From Candidatus Campbellbacteria bacterium (GTDB taxonomy: Bacteria > Patescibacteriota > Minisyncoccia > Phycocordibacterales > CSBR16-193), in the NCBI GenBank assembly GCA_007125155.1, contig SLDR01000010.1, positions 24,490-88,489 on the forward strand: a stretch of DNA of 64,000 bases, written 5' to 3'. The first letter of the stretch is position 1; each line of letters opens with the position of its first letter. Shown here one piece after another: positions 40,235 to 49,168 of this stretch. The position numbers were made by a program, and so were the translations under genes. Below the pieces are notes generated by a model. The model made no database searches. It had not been told where the DNA came from and worked only from the letters and a program-made list of their open reading frames with translations.

Positions 40235-40246
40235 GTTCTTTGAATC
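40235..40246 (+). promoter_or_regulatory. boxA-like element GTTCTTTGAATC
   Basis: Just upstream of the GGAGGAGG RBS of ORF 40267. Confidence 0.55.
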
Positions 40247-40266
40247 TTTAAATTGGAGGAGGCTTT

Positions 40267-40464
40267 ATGCTAGGCACATTGTTTACCAGATGTCCTCATT
40301 GTGAGGACAGGAGTAAGGTTGACTACATCGGACACTTGAATTCGGGGATTTTTAAAGTTTTCTCTTGCCATGAATGTGGCAAAAGCTTCACTCGAGGACC
40401 GGGTATGGAGGTGAACCCTCAGATCTTTAAACCCGCTCCAAGGTTTGCAGGCACACAGAGGTGA
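40267..40464 (+). CDS. Small zinc-ribbon protein (65 aa)
   Basis: CPHC...FSCHECGKSF; strong RBS; terminator at 40473-40498. Confidence 0.8.
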   Translation: MLGTLFTRCPHCEDRSKVDYIGHLNSGIFKVFSCHECGKSFTRGPGMEVNPQIFKPAPRFAGTQR

Positions 40465-40472
40465 TCTCTACC

Positions 40473-40498
40473 GGCACCCCTCCAATGAGGGGTGCTTT
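40473..40498 (+). terminator. Intrinsic terminator
   Basis: GGCACCCCTC-CAAT-GAGGGGTGCTTT. Confidence 0.75.
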
Positions 40499-40583
40499 AT
40501 TTGCCGTTGTGTTCAAATGTATCCACAACTCGAATGATGTTGCCTTAATTCAACAATACTGTTATTATTTTTTTCAAATATAA

Positions 40584-40595
40584 GTTCTTTGAGTT
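40584..40595 (+). promoter_or_regulatory. boxA-like element GTTCTTTGAGTT
   Basis: Follows the TTGCCT-17-TATTAT promoter (40540-40568) and precedes a GGGAGG RBS. Confidence 0.55.
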
Positions 40596-40632
40596 TTGAT
40601 CCCAACGATCAACAAAACAAAGGGAGGTAGTT

Positions 40633-40773
40633 ATGTTCTCGGGAGGATTACAAGTAACTTCAAATTGCCCGCATTGTAAAAGGTCCGGAGGGGTTATGGT
40701 CATTCTAATGATGCTCTCCAAAACCTTGTTTTTCTGCAAACTCTGTTCTCGTAACTTCAGGTCTGACTCTTAA
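40633..40773 (+). CDS. Small zinc-ribbon protein (46 aa)
   Basis: Manual translation MFSGGLQVTSNCPHCKRSGGVMVILMMLSKTLFFCKLCSRNFRSDS; promoter, RBS and terminator all present; not in the ORF track. Confidence 0.75.
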   Translation: MFSGGLQVTSNCPHCKRSGGVMVILMMLSKTLFFCKLCSRNFRSDS

Positions 40774-40794
40774 CGTGAAACTTAACCTTATTAC

Positions 40795-40828
40795 AAAACA
40801 CCCTTCTTGGTCCAAGAAGGGTGTTTTT
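40795..40828. terminator. Bidirectional terminator
   Basis: AAAACACCCTTCTTG-GTC-CAAGAAGGGTGTTTT. Confidence 0.85.
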
Positions 40829-41934
40829 TATATTTTGAACTCCATGACGTCTCCGTCCTTTACCACATACTGTTTACCTTCCGTTCTAATGTATCCCCTC
40901 TCGCGCGCGGAACTCTTTGATCCACACTCAATAAGTTTGTGCCATTCAATAACATCAGCCTTGATGAACTTATCATGAAAATCCGAATGGATGACCCTCC
41001 CCGCCTCGGGTGCCGTGGAACCTGATCTGACATCCCAAGCCCGGGTCTCTTTTTCTCCGGTTGTGAAAAAAGTAACCAGGTTTAAAAGTTCGTAACCCGA
41101 TCTGATCACGTCTTCGATTCCGGCATTTTCTTCTCCACCCATTTCCCTCCTGAAACCGGACCGTTCATCATCGTGGACTCCGGCTATCTCCAGCTCCACG
41201 CCGATATCAACCTCGATGATGGGGGCGTTCGGAGTATTGTACTCAATGGCCGAGATCAGAGAAGGAAAACGTTCATCTTTTATCTCGGTTATGTTGTGAG
41301 ATCCTGTTTTTTTATTGAATACATAAAGCACCGGTTTGGCTGTGAGGAGGTTGAGGTGTTTGAACATATCTCTTTCTTTTTCACTCATGTCATCAGAGGA
41401 TGCGAACTTGCCCTTTTCAAGCACGTTCTTTAATGCGTCAAGAACCTCCATCTCTTCACGGGCACTTTTACTATTCGCTTTGAGTTCCTTTTCAATTTTT
41501 ATCTTTCTTCTTTCAACGGTCTGGAGATCGGACATTATGAGTTCAAGATTTATGGTCTCTATGTCCTGGCGTGGATCTATCACACCGGAGACATGTATTA
41601 CGTCGTCATCTTCGAAGGTTCGCACCAAATGGAGGATGACGTCGACCTCTCGAACATTGCTTAAAAAAGAGTTGCCCAGACCTTCACCTTCGGATGCACC
41701 TTTTATGAGTCCGGCGATATCGACGAAACGAGCCACAGCGGGCACTTTCTTATCTGAGCGACTGAACTCATTGAGTCTGTCAAGTCTTATGTCGGGAACC
41801 GCCACCACGCCTATCGACGGTTCTATTGTGCAAAAAGGATAATTTTCCGCAGGTACGGACTGCTCGGTCAGAGCATTAAAGAGACTGGATTTCCCAACAT
41901 TGGGCAAACCCACGATTCCTATTGAAAGCGACAT
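40828..41934 (-). CDS. ychF: Redox-regulated ATPase YchF
   Basis: GLPNVGKS, NYPFCTIEP, DIAGL, GEGLGN and a TGS domain. Start moved to MSLSIG. Confidence 0.97.
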   Translation of the reverse strand: MSLSIGIVGLPNVGKSSLFNALTEQSVPAENYPFCTIEPSIGVVAVPDIRLDRLNEFSRSDKKVPAVARFVDIAGLIKGASEGEGLGNSFLSNVREVDVILHLVRTFEDDDVIHVSGVIDPRQDIETINLELIMSDLQTVERRKIKIEKELKANSKSAREEMEVLDALKNVLEKGKFASSDDMSEKERDMFKHLNLLTAKPVLYVFNKKTGSHNITEIKDERFPSLISAIEYNTPNAPIIEVDIGVELEIAGVHDDERSGFRREMGGEENAGIEDVIRSGYELLNLVTFFTTGEKETRAWDVRSGSTAPEAGRVIHSDFHDKFIKADVIEWHKLIECGSKSSARERGYIRTEGKQYVVKDGDVMEFKI

Positions 41935-42078
41935 AGAAGTACATATTACCAATAAGATGCAATTATGCAATTATTTCTTTGGTATTGTTTATCAGTTCAT
42001 TCTTTGGTGACCTGCTTCAATAAGGTCGAGTATAAAAAAGACTGATGCAAAAAAGCGGGTCTTGGCGGGATCATGCTT

Positions 42079-43410
42079 CTACTTTCTAACCTTTCCGAAA
42101 CTGAAGGGGTGTTTCTTTGTTATCGAATGCTGTTTTGCCAATGTGAGTTTTCTCTCCCACACGATCCAGGCCAGGACCGCAGAGAAAAGCATCACCGAAG
42201 AGCTTATGAAGAATACGTTCTGGACCCCGATGACATCCGCTATCGGCCCCAAGATAAATAGACCCGTAATACCGCCCAAGCCTTGACTAAATATGAATAC
42301 GGAGTTAAGTTCTCCTATTTTTTCCGTTTTCATTTTGTCCCCCACTGCTCCGGATATGGTGGGGACCAACATTGCTATCGCCAAACCCAAAAGCAGAGAA
42401 AGAGGAAACAGAACCGCTATATCGTTACTGAGACCGAAACCGAAAAGGCTGACCGAGGCGAGAACGGATCCGGTCGCTATCAGTCTTCTGCTTGACCACG
42501 TGTCGGCCAGAACGGAGAACGGAGCCTCCATTAACATCGGGAGGTTGAACAGTGCGAACATTATTCCGATCGCCATATATGTTGCCCCGACCGAATCAGC
42601 GAAAAGAGGTATCATCACCATCTGAGAGTAAACAAGGAATCCCAGCAAAAAAATGAAAGGCCATATCTTGAGGAGCCCTCGTGTGTTATAGAAGTCGCTT
42701 ATTCCCTTGAAGTAAAGACTTCTCCAACTTATGGAATTGAAGGCCTCAAGAGCCTTCAGCTCCTTTTTTAAGGGATCCTCGGGCAAGTATTTGCTGGTCA
42801 AAAAAGCCCCGACGACAAGGAATGGCGGAAAAAGTATGAACAGTAAACGAATATCCATGACATATTCAAGAAGCAGTCCACCCGTTACCGCCCCGATTAT
42901 AAGCGACATGGCCTTCCCGATGTCGTAAAATCCCCATGCCTCACTTCTTTTTCCGGGGCAAGCGTGGTTTCTGTTGAACGTATCGGCTGAAGACCAGAGC
43001 ATTGCCGACACAACGGAATGGTAAAGCTGATAGAGGACCGCGTGCCACATGGCGCGAATGATCGCCAACACCGGCCATATCGGCAGATAAAGCAAAATAG
43101 TGAACCTTAAAAGTTTGCGTTGAGAGTATCTGTCCAGAAATTTCCCGATGGGCAGGATCCAGAATAAGGAAAAAAAGGTTACCAACGCCGAGATGAATGT
43201 AGCCGCCCCGTAGGAACCGAGAACATCAAAAAAGAACAGGGGCAGAAACGGTATTACCAAGCCCCAGCTCAAATAGTAGATAAAGACGACCAAAGTGATC
43301 TGCTTCACCGGTTTGGGAAGATTCTTTATCTCATTTGGTGTTGTGCATAACTTCTCGAAAAATGACATTATCGGCAAATATGAACCATGATATACATGAT
43401 ATAATTTCAT
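42079..43410 (-). CDS. MFS transporter
   Basis: 12 TM helices; motif A GKFLDRYSQR and LADTWSSRR. Confidence 0.9.
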   Translation of the reverse strand: MKLYHVYHGSYLPIMSFFEKLCTTPNEIKNLPKPVKQITLVVFIYYLSWGLVIPFLPLFFFDVLGSYGAATFISALVTFFSLFWILPIGKFLDRYSQRKLLRFTILLYLPIWPVLAIIRAMWHAVLYQLYHSVVSAMLWSSADTFNRNHACPGKRSEAWGFYDIGKAMSLIIGAVTGGLLLEYVMDIRLLFILFPPFLVVGAFLTSKYLPEDPLKKELKALEAFNSISWRSLYFKGISDFYNTRGLLKIWPFIFLLGFLVYSQMVMIPLFADSVGATYMAIGIMFALFNLPMLMEAPFSVLADTWSSRRLIATGSVLASVSLFGFGLSNDIAVLFPLSLLLGLAIAMLVPTISGAVGDKMKTEKIGELNSVFIFSQGLGGITGLFILGPIADVIGVQNVFFISSSVMLFSAVLAWIVWERKLTLAKQHSITKKHPFSFGKVRK

Positions 43411-43860
43411 TTGATGATAAGCAAAGCAAAAGCGAGCCTGATCATATATCTTTCTTTAATAATTCTCGTTACCCTCGGTTTTACTTTTCACTTGACCAGC
43501 GAACGGCGGTTCCTGGATCTTGAAAATAACAGATGCCAGTATGAGGTTTATGAAGGGTTGTGCAAGATAACCTCGGTAAATACGGAGAATGTACCTGAAA
43601 GTGGCCCAAGAGATGATGATGTGTTACTGAGGTTTGAATTCAAACCTGCAATTATTGAAGATCTTCCGGTCTATTCGGATAAGATAGCGGAAGATAAAAG
43701 AACGGTCCACATTTCGAGATCTTTTGTGGATAGACTGGATATCAGAGCCGGTGATCTGTTTAGATGCGAAATGAGACATATTGTGGCCGGGGACTGCCCC
43801 AAGGTCGCATTTGATATTTCTTGGGCCTCGAAAATATTCGATAGCATGGATCATCGTTAG
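43411..43860 (+). CDS. Hypothetical exported or membrane-anchored protein
   Basis: N-terminal hydrophobic helix and four Cys residues. Confidence 0.65.
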   Translation: MMISKAKASLIIYLSLIILVTLGFTFHLTSERRFLDLENNRCQYEVYEGLCKITSVNTENVPESGPRDDDVLLRFEFKPAIIEDLPVYSDKIAEDKRTVHISRSFVDRLDIRAGDLFRCEMRHIVAGDCPKVAFDISWASKIFDSMDHR

Positions 43861-43982
43861 GTCACTCAATTATCAATTCCCATAAATTCGTTTTCCGGTC
43901 AGCGACCTTCCTGTCGATTTTTTGGGATTTTCAACACATAAAAGAAAAGACCCTTCGATGAAAAAGGGTCCCTGTTAAATGA

Positions 43983-45341
43983 TCAGCTTATATTTTTATT
44001 CTTTTTTGTCGGATAACCGCAATCTTTTATCTCGGGACACTTCCCGTAGGTCATACACTGAGGCTCCGTATAGTCCGCAAGATCCGGGTGTGCGATCTTG
44101 ATCTTCGTTGCCATATCCCGGGCTATCCTTCGTATCTCCCACTGAGCTTCGGGACACGCCCTTTTTCCTATACTGTGGATCGCATTCCAACCGTTTATGT
44201 GTATCCAGTCGTAGATCTTCAAGGAATGAGGTACGACTCCGACCGCATCGCCCTTGGGTACTCCATCTTTTGTCAGCTCATCGTAAAGCTTAATTAGAAT
44301 GGAGTGAAGCCTTGTGTATTCGGTCAAGAATTCCGATCTCACGATCGACGGAGGCACGACCATTCTTTCTTCGGGGTCGTCCACGGCGTCTTCCAGGGCA
44401 TTGTAAATGCTCTCTACGCTCTGGTTCCAAGTTCTCTGTCTTGTTGCTTGATGGAAACAGGTCAAGGACATCTCTGTCAAAAATTCGAAATGGATGTGCT
44501 TAAGGTTTGCCAGCTCGGCTTCGTCTCTTTGGACCACCGCCCTTTCGATCCCCCATCCGATATCCTCCTCGGCCGGTATCATGGATCCCAGCATAATGAC
44601 GGGAGTTTTATGTCTTTTAAAACTCTCTTTGAGTTTTCTCAACATCAGAACCATCGTTAAGTTGTACGATGAGAAAAGTTGCGAAGAGGGATACCAGCTT
44701 AAAGGCTCGTAGTTAAACCCGAGATCTTCGAATAAATATGGTGTTCTGTTTGAAGCCAGAGCTTTCATTTTCTTCACCACCTCCAAGGTTTCGGACGACA
44801 CTTCAGTGTTTTTCGACATCGAGATCAAGTCACATATCTCTCGGGCATTCCCGGTCGTGGTAATGTTGGTCTTGGTGTAAAGTGGAAGAAGAAAACGCGC
44901 ATCTTCAGCTGTTATACCGGCCTCACGGGTTTTGTTATAGAAATCGAAAGTGTGTCGGAACACCCTTTCGGTCTCCGTTCCCAGTCTTGATCTTTTTATG
45001 GAATCGGGAATGTGAAAACCTCTATCGGCGCTTGCTCTTCTTAGGGACTGCTGTAGATGTTCCAGGTATTCCGGTAAACATAAGAACAAAGTCGTTGCTC
45101 GTGACAGATCTTCTATGCTGAAAGTGAAATGGACCTGGTCGCCGACCGAACCGTGCCCTCTTCCGAAACTGTTCTCTATCACGACCCTTTCCTTTTTCAA
45201 TCGTTCTTCCTTTGGCATCGCGAGAAGCTGCTTCATTATTACTTCCGTAGAGTCCTTTTTAAAGCAACTTAAAGCGGCGGCCGCCACCAGTGTTTGAGGA
45301 TCTTCCGGGCATCCTATCAGTTTAACTTTGAAATCATACAT
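43983..45341 (-). CDS. thyX: FAD-dependent thymidylate synthase, tandem two-domain form
   Basis: GHGSV, SRAT, QQSLR, EDARFLLP...TTGNARE; second repeat HQATRQRT...KRACPEAQWEIR...CPE. Confidence 0.85.
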   Translation of the reverse strand: MYDFKVKLIGCPEDPQTLVAAAALSCFKKDSTEVIMKQLLAMPKEERLKKERVVIENSFGRGHGSVGDQVHFTFSIEDLSRATTLFLCLPEYLEHLQQSLRRASADRGFHIPDSIKRSRLGTETERVFRHTFDFYNKTREAGITAEDARFLLPLYTKTNITTTGNAREICDLISMSKNTEVSSETLEVVKKMKALASNRTPYLFEDLGFNYEPLSWYPSSQLFSSYNLTMVLMLRKLKESFKRHKTPVIMLGSMIPAEEDIGWGIERAVVQRDEAELANLKHIHFEFLTEMSLTCFHQATRQRTWNQSVESIYNALEDAVDDPEERMVVPPSIVRSEFLTEYTRLHSILIKLYDELTKDGVPKGDAVGVVPHSLKIYDWIHINGWNAIHSIGKRACPEAQWEIRRIARDMATKIKIAHPDLADYTEPQCMTYGKCPEIKDCGYPTKKNKNIS

Positions 45342-45407
45342 TCCGCACCTCCTTGTAAAGCGGGTTATTGTAAATGGACACTCGTTTTATCTTCGGCTGT
45401 TATAACA

Positions 45408-46187
45408 TTAAAGATCGTTTGTGGCAAGACAGACCCGGATCTTCGGATCTTTCTTGATCTCCTGTTCGACTATTTGACCTATGGCAAATGCATAGGCATG
45501 ATGTTTGCCAAATCTGTTAATATCTCGTACCTCGTCGCTTTTCTCAGATCTGAGTCTTATTTTCTGACCCACCTCGGTCTTCTCATTATCGACTATCCTT
45601 ATATCTGATTTCTCATCAAAACCGAAGTATACGGTTTTCTTATCAGTTCCGTCACCAAGTTCCTTGATCCTGTAATTATCACGGTTAAGTATCAAGATAC
45701 CTTCCTTCTCGGTTTTTTCTATCAAAGTTCCGTACTCTTTGACCAAATTATTCATATCAGAGAAACCTTCCCTGTATCTCTGGGTTATGTCAGTGATCAC
45801 CGATATGCGGGGGGTTATTATCGACAAGAGATATTGCATGTCACCTTCATCTGAAGTACCCAGGGTAAGTATCAAAAACTCAGGGAAATCCTTCTCAAAT
45901 ACTTTCAACGGTGCTTTGAATATTGTCGGTAGCCACTTTTTGTATTCATTGTATCCGCTTGGTAGATCGAGGATGGCCAAAGGCATGCCGATCTCCGTGT
46001 TGAAATTCTTAGGATTCGCCCTTACACCGACACCCATTTCTTTAAGACGTGACCTTATCTCTCTTTTTGTGAAATTTTTATTGGTGCTACCTGCTATGGC
46101 GATTATTACAGGCTTATTTATGAAGATCGCCATTTTGGTCATTAACCTTAAATAATGTTTCAGTAAGAATTTTAGAATTGTCTTCAT
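45408..46187 (-). CDS. Mur ligase-like protein (central domain only, MurF-like)
   Basis: IIAIAGSTNK, NFNTEIGMPLAIL, GDMQYLL and ILNRD motifs; no C-terminal domain. Confidence 0.75.
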   Translation of the reverse strand: MKTILKFLLKHYLRLMTKMAIFINKPVIIAIAGSTNKNFTKREIRSRLKEMGVGVRANPKNFNTEIGMPLAILDLPSGYNEYKKWLPTIFKAPLKVFEKDFPEFLILTLGTSDEGDMQYLLSIITPRISVITDITQRYREGFSDMNNLVKEYGTLIEKTEKEGILILNRDNYRIKELGDGTDKKTVYFGFDEKSDIRIVDNEKTEVGQKIRLRSEKSDEVRDINRFGKHHAYAFAIGQIVEQEIKKDPKIRVCLATNDL

Positions 46188-47398
46188 TTTCCTTTTATAA
46201 AAAGTTTCTCAATTCGGTCAAAGGCCTCAATGATATCGTCTTCTTTTCTTCCAAAACTCATTCTGATGTGACCTTCTCCGTTGGGCCCGAAAGCCACACC
46301 GGGAACGGTTGCGACCTGAGTTTTTCCAAGGAGCCAGAAAGCGAACTTATTGGAGTCTACGAGCCCTTCTTCGGTCAGGAGCGTTTCACCGTCCTCCATT
46401 GCCAAGTCGTTAATAGTGGACGAAATTCCGGGGAAAATGTAATAGGCGCTATCCGGTTTTACGAAATCAAAAAGATCTTTTAGCCTCTCCATCCTTCCGC
46501 AGATCAGATCTCTCCTCTTTCCGTATTCGTTTCTAAATTCCCGCACCTTTTCATTCTCAATTTCCAAAGCCCCCATGGCTCCGTATTGAGATATCACCGG
46601 TGCACACGTCACAAGGCTGTCATGAACTTTGGTAATTTCCTTCACGATCTCCTCATCGCTGTGCAGGTAAGCCACTCTCCAACCCGTCATGGCGAAAGCT
46701 TTGGAGAAAGAAAATATTCTGATGATCCTTTTTCTGAGTTTAGGCACTTCGGCCAATGAGAAGAATTCTTGCCGGTCATAAATGAAGTCTTTATAAACTT
46801 CATCGGATATCAAGAACAGGTCGTTCTTCTCGGCCAGATCGGCTAGATCCAGGAGTTGATCCTTTGTGTATATGGTGCCGGTAGGATTGTTGGGATTACA
46901 ATAGAATATTGCTTTCGTTTTTTCAGTAATGGCATTTTTGAATTCTTCTATATCAAAGCTCCAACCTCCCCCTTCATCCAGAGGCACAAAGACAGGTTTA
47001 CATCCGGCCAAATGTATAACTTCCCGGTAACTGGTGTAAGTTGGCTCCGGTATGATAACCTCGTCACCCGGGCTTGTTATGGCCATCACGGTAGCCGTAA
47101 TTCCTTCTATTGATCCCGCCGTTATCAGTATCTCCTTTTCCCAGTCATAGTACATATTTTCCCGCTCCAATGATTCTTCGATCAGCTCTCTTAATTCGGG
47201 CAATCCCGGTGATAGAGAGTATTTGGCGACCACACCCCTTTTCAATGCCCTTTCCACTCTTCTTTTAATGAATTCCGGGGTGTCGAAATCGGGTATTCCT
47301 TGAGCTAGTGAAATAGCATCGGGGTAACCCGATGCCTCGATCTCTATTTTTTTTATCGCTGACAGCTGAATGTTTTTCGTCCTTTCAAACATATCCAT
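46184..47398 (-). CDS. PLP-dependent aminotransferase, class I/II
   Basis: NPNNPTG, SDEVY and SFSKAFAMTGWRV motifs. Confidence 0.95.
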   Translation of the reverse strand: MDMFERTKNIQLSAIKKIEIEASGYPDAISLAQGIPDFDTPEFIKRRVERALKRGVVAKYSLSPGLPELRELIEESLERENMYYDWEKEILITAGSIEGITATVMAITSPGDEVIIPEPTYTSYREVIHLAGCKPVFVPLDEGGGWSFDIEEFKNAITEKTKAIFYCNPNNPTGTIYTKDQLLDLADLAEKNDLFLISDEVYKDFIYDRQEFFSLAEVPKLRKRIIRIFSFSKAFAMTGWRVAYLHSDEEIVKEITKVHDSLVTCAPVISQYGAMGALEIENEKVREFRNEYGKRRDLICGRMERLKDLFDFVKPDSAYYIFPGISSTINDLAMEDGETLLTEEGLVDSNKFAFWLLGKTQVATVPGVAFGPNGEGHIRMSFGRKEDDIIEAFDRIEKLFIKGK

Positions 47399-47649
47399 AT
47401 CTCTTCTTCTCTAAAGATCATTTTGATATTGCCCCCATTCTATCACATTATTATTCGGTTTGGTTTCATTTCTTAATTCTTGCCGACTGGTGTAATATAT
47501 TTCAATATGGGCGGTTGATCGGATCCTCATAGAGATCAAGGTGTTTCCGACAGACTCCGGCAACCCCCAATACCGCTTTACCGTATACCGCTCACTATTT
47601 TCCGCCTCGTTCATTAAGAGCGGTCAATAAACTTTTTAAAGTTGTGTAA

Positions 47650-48828
47650 GTGATATCTATGGAAATGGAAGCTTTCAGCCTCTTGGTTCTCTCTCTGATT
47701 GCCGGGGCGTATATTTTATTTATCCGCCTTTTGGGAGTTATTCCATCAACCTCCTTTTTCAACGTTGAGATCTTCAAAACCAAGCCCGATATCAGAGAGG
47801 GTTTCTTTGATCTTGCGAAGGGATTGGCGATAATTGCTGTTGTGGTGATACACGCTGTTCTTTTATTGAATTACTTTTCCGATGATCTTTCAGTTGACTA
47901 TTTGGCATGGAGTGAACATATCAACCGATTGGTCAGGTTTGCGATACCCGTCTTCTTCATCTGCTCCGGTGCCTTGCTATTCTTGGAGGACACGGGCAAA
48001 ACCTCTCTTAAGCGCTTCTATTTTCCCAAGGTAAAACGTCTTGTTATTCCCTATGTGATCTTTTCAGTATTCGCAACGTTTGCCTTTTCGCAAGAACCGG
48101 GAGGTTTTGCCGACCGGACCATACAGGCCCTCTCCGATCTTTTTACAGGGGGAGCCCTGGCGCCTTATTGGTTCATACCCGTTCTTTTTCAGCTCTATCT
48201 TTTGTACCCCATACTTTGGTATATTCTGGTAGTTAAGAAGATGGATTCCGCCAAATTTCTCGCCGGTTCATTCGTTATCTCTCTTTTAAGTTATTTCCTT
48301 TTCACATCATATTGGTTCAACCTCCACGGTTACATGGGAGATCTGGTATTTTTCGGCCCTTATCTGTTTTTTTTCGCTTTCGGAATGGTGTTTAAACCTC
48401 TATTTTTCTCGGGAGCTGAACGGGTCCGTGACTGGATGTCTGAGACCGGATTTCTCTATTTCGCATCCGTTATCTTGTTCGTATATTTTTTGATCGGCGC
48501 CATCGACCCCCTTACCCATTACTACAATGTCAGGTTGATATACGGACCCACCATGATCTTGATCATTCTCTACATATATCCGCTACTTAAAAACGGGAAG
48601 ATAGGCACCCTCATAGAGAGAGTCGGAGCGCAAAGTCTGTATATCTACCTTCTGCATTTTATACTTCTTTTGGCAATGTCCCCTTTTGTCGAGGCGATAC
48701 TGATCGAAGGAGTCGACCCGTTTATCACACTGATCCTTGTTATCGTCATTAACCTGTCAATGACCTGCGGTGCAATATATCTTGCGAGAAAGATGATAGA
48801 GGCGGCCGGGATCAAAACCGCCAAATAA
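47650..48828 (+). CDS. Acyltransferase family 3 (membrane O-acyltransferase)
   Basis: DLAKGLAIIAVVVIH, FAIPVFFICSG, YWFIP and SLYIYLLH motifs. Confidence 0.92.
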   Translation: MISMEMEAFSLLVLSLIAGAYILFIRLLGVIPSTSFFNVEIFKTKPDIREGFFDLAKGLAIIAVVVIHAVLLLNYFSDDLSVDYLAWSEHINRLVRFAIPVFFICSGALLFLEDTGKTSLKRFYFPKVKRLVIPYVIFSVFATFAFSQEPGGFADRTIQALSDLFTGGALAPYWFIPVLFQLYLLYPILWYILVVKKMDSAKFLAGSFVISLLSYFLFTSYWFNLHGYMGDLVFFGPYLFFFAFGMVFKPLFFSGAERVRDWMSETGFLYFASVILFVYFLIGAIDPLTHYYNVRLIYGPTMILIILYIYPLLKNGKIGTLIERVGAQSLYIYLLHFILLLAMSPFVEAILIEGVDPFITLILVIVINLSMTCGAIYLARKMIEAAGIKTAK

Positions 48829-48945
48829 AAATCAGGCGCCTTAGCGTAACGCTATTTTGCCTTGCAAAAAAAGGATATTTTAAGACCGATCATCGGTATC
48901 TTTTTATAATATTGTGCAGTCCGTGAATTCGTGTCGCTGTGCATT

Positions 48946-48954
48946 TGTGGATAA
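48946..48954 (-). promoter_or_regulatory. Perfect DnaA box upstream of nrdD
   Basis: TGTGGATAA. Confidence 0.55.
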
Positions 48955-48999
48955 TAAAAAAACTTTTAACGTGTGTTAGTATTGGTTCATAAGATATTT

Positions 49000-49115
49000 G
49001 CGGTCCGTACAGTGAAGAGGGGTGAAAATCCCCCGCTAACGCGTAACGGTCAGAGCCCGACCCTGTATGGAATGTTCCGGAAGGAGCCGCGCAAGGTTCG
49101 CGTCAAACCGAGGGG
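49000..49115 (+). ncRNA. Cobalamin-riboswitch-like leader (compact variant)
   Basis: Stems GCGGT/GCCGC and TCCGTACAG/CTGTATGGA; T-loop GGG-TGAAAAT-CCC; GCGTAACGGT and AGCCCGA resemble B12-box elements; located upstream of nrdD. Confidence 0.6.
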
Positions 49116-49168
49116 ATCATTTTGCTTGGCGCTTGTAGCCAAAATTTTTATTAATAAACATATAACTT

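Noticed and set aside
48901-48920. Possible NrdR box upstream of nrdD
   Set aside because: Only a partial match (TATAATATTGTG) and no tandem second box.
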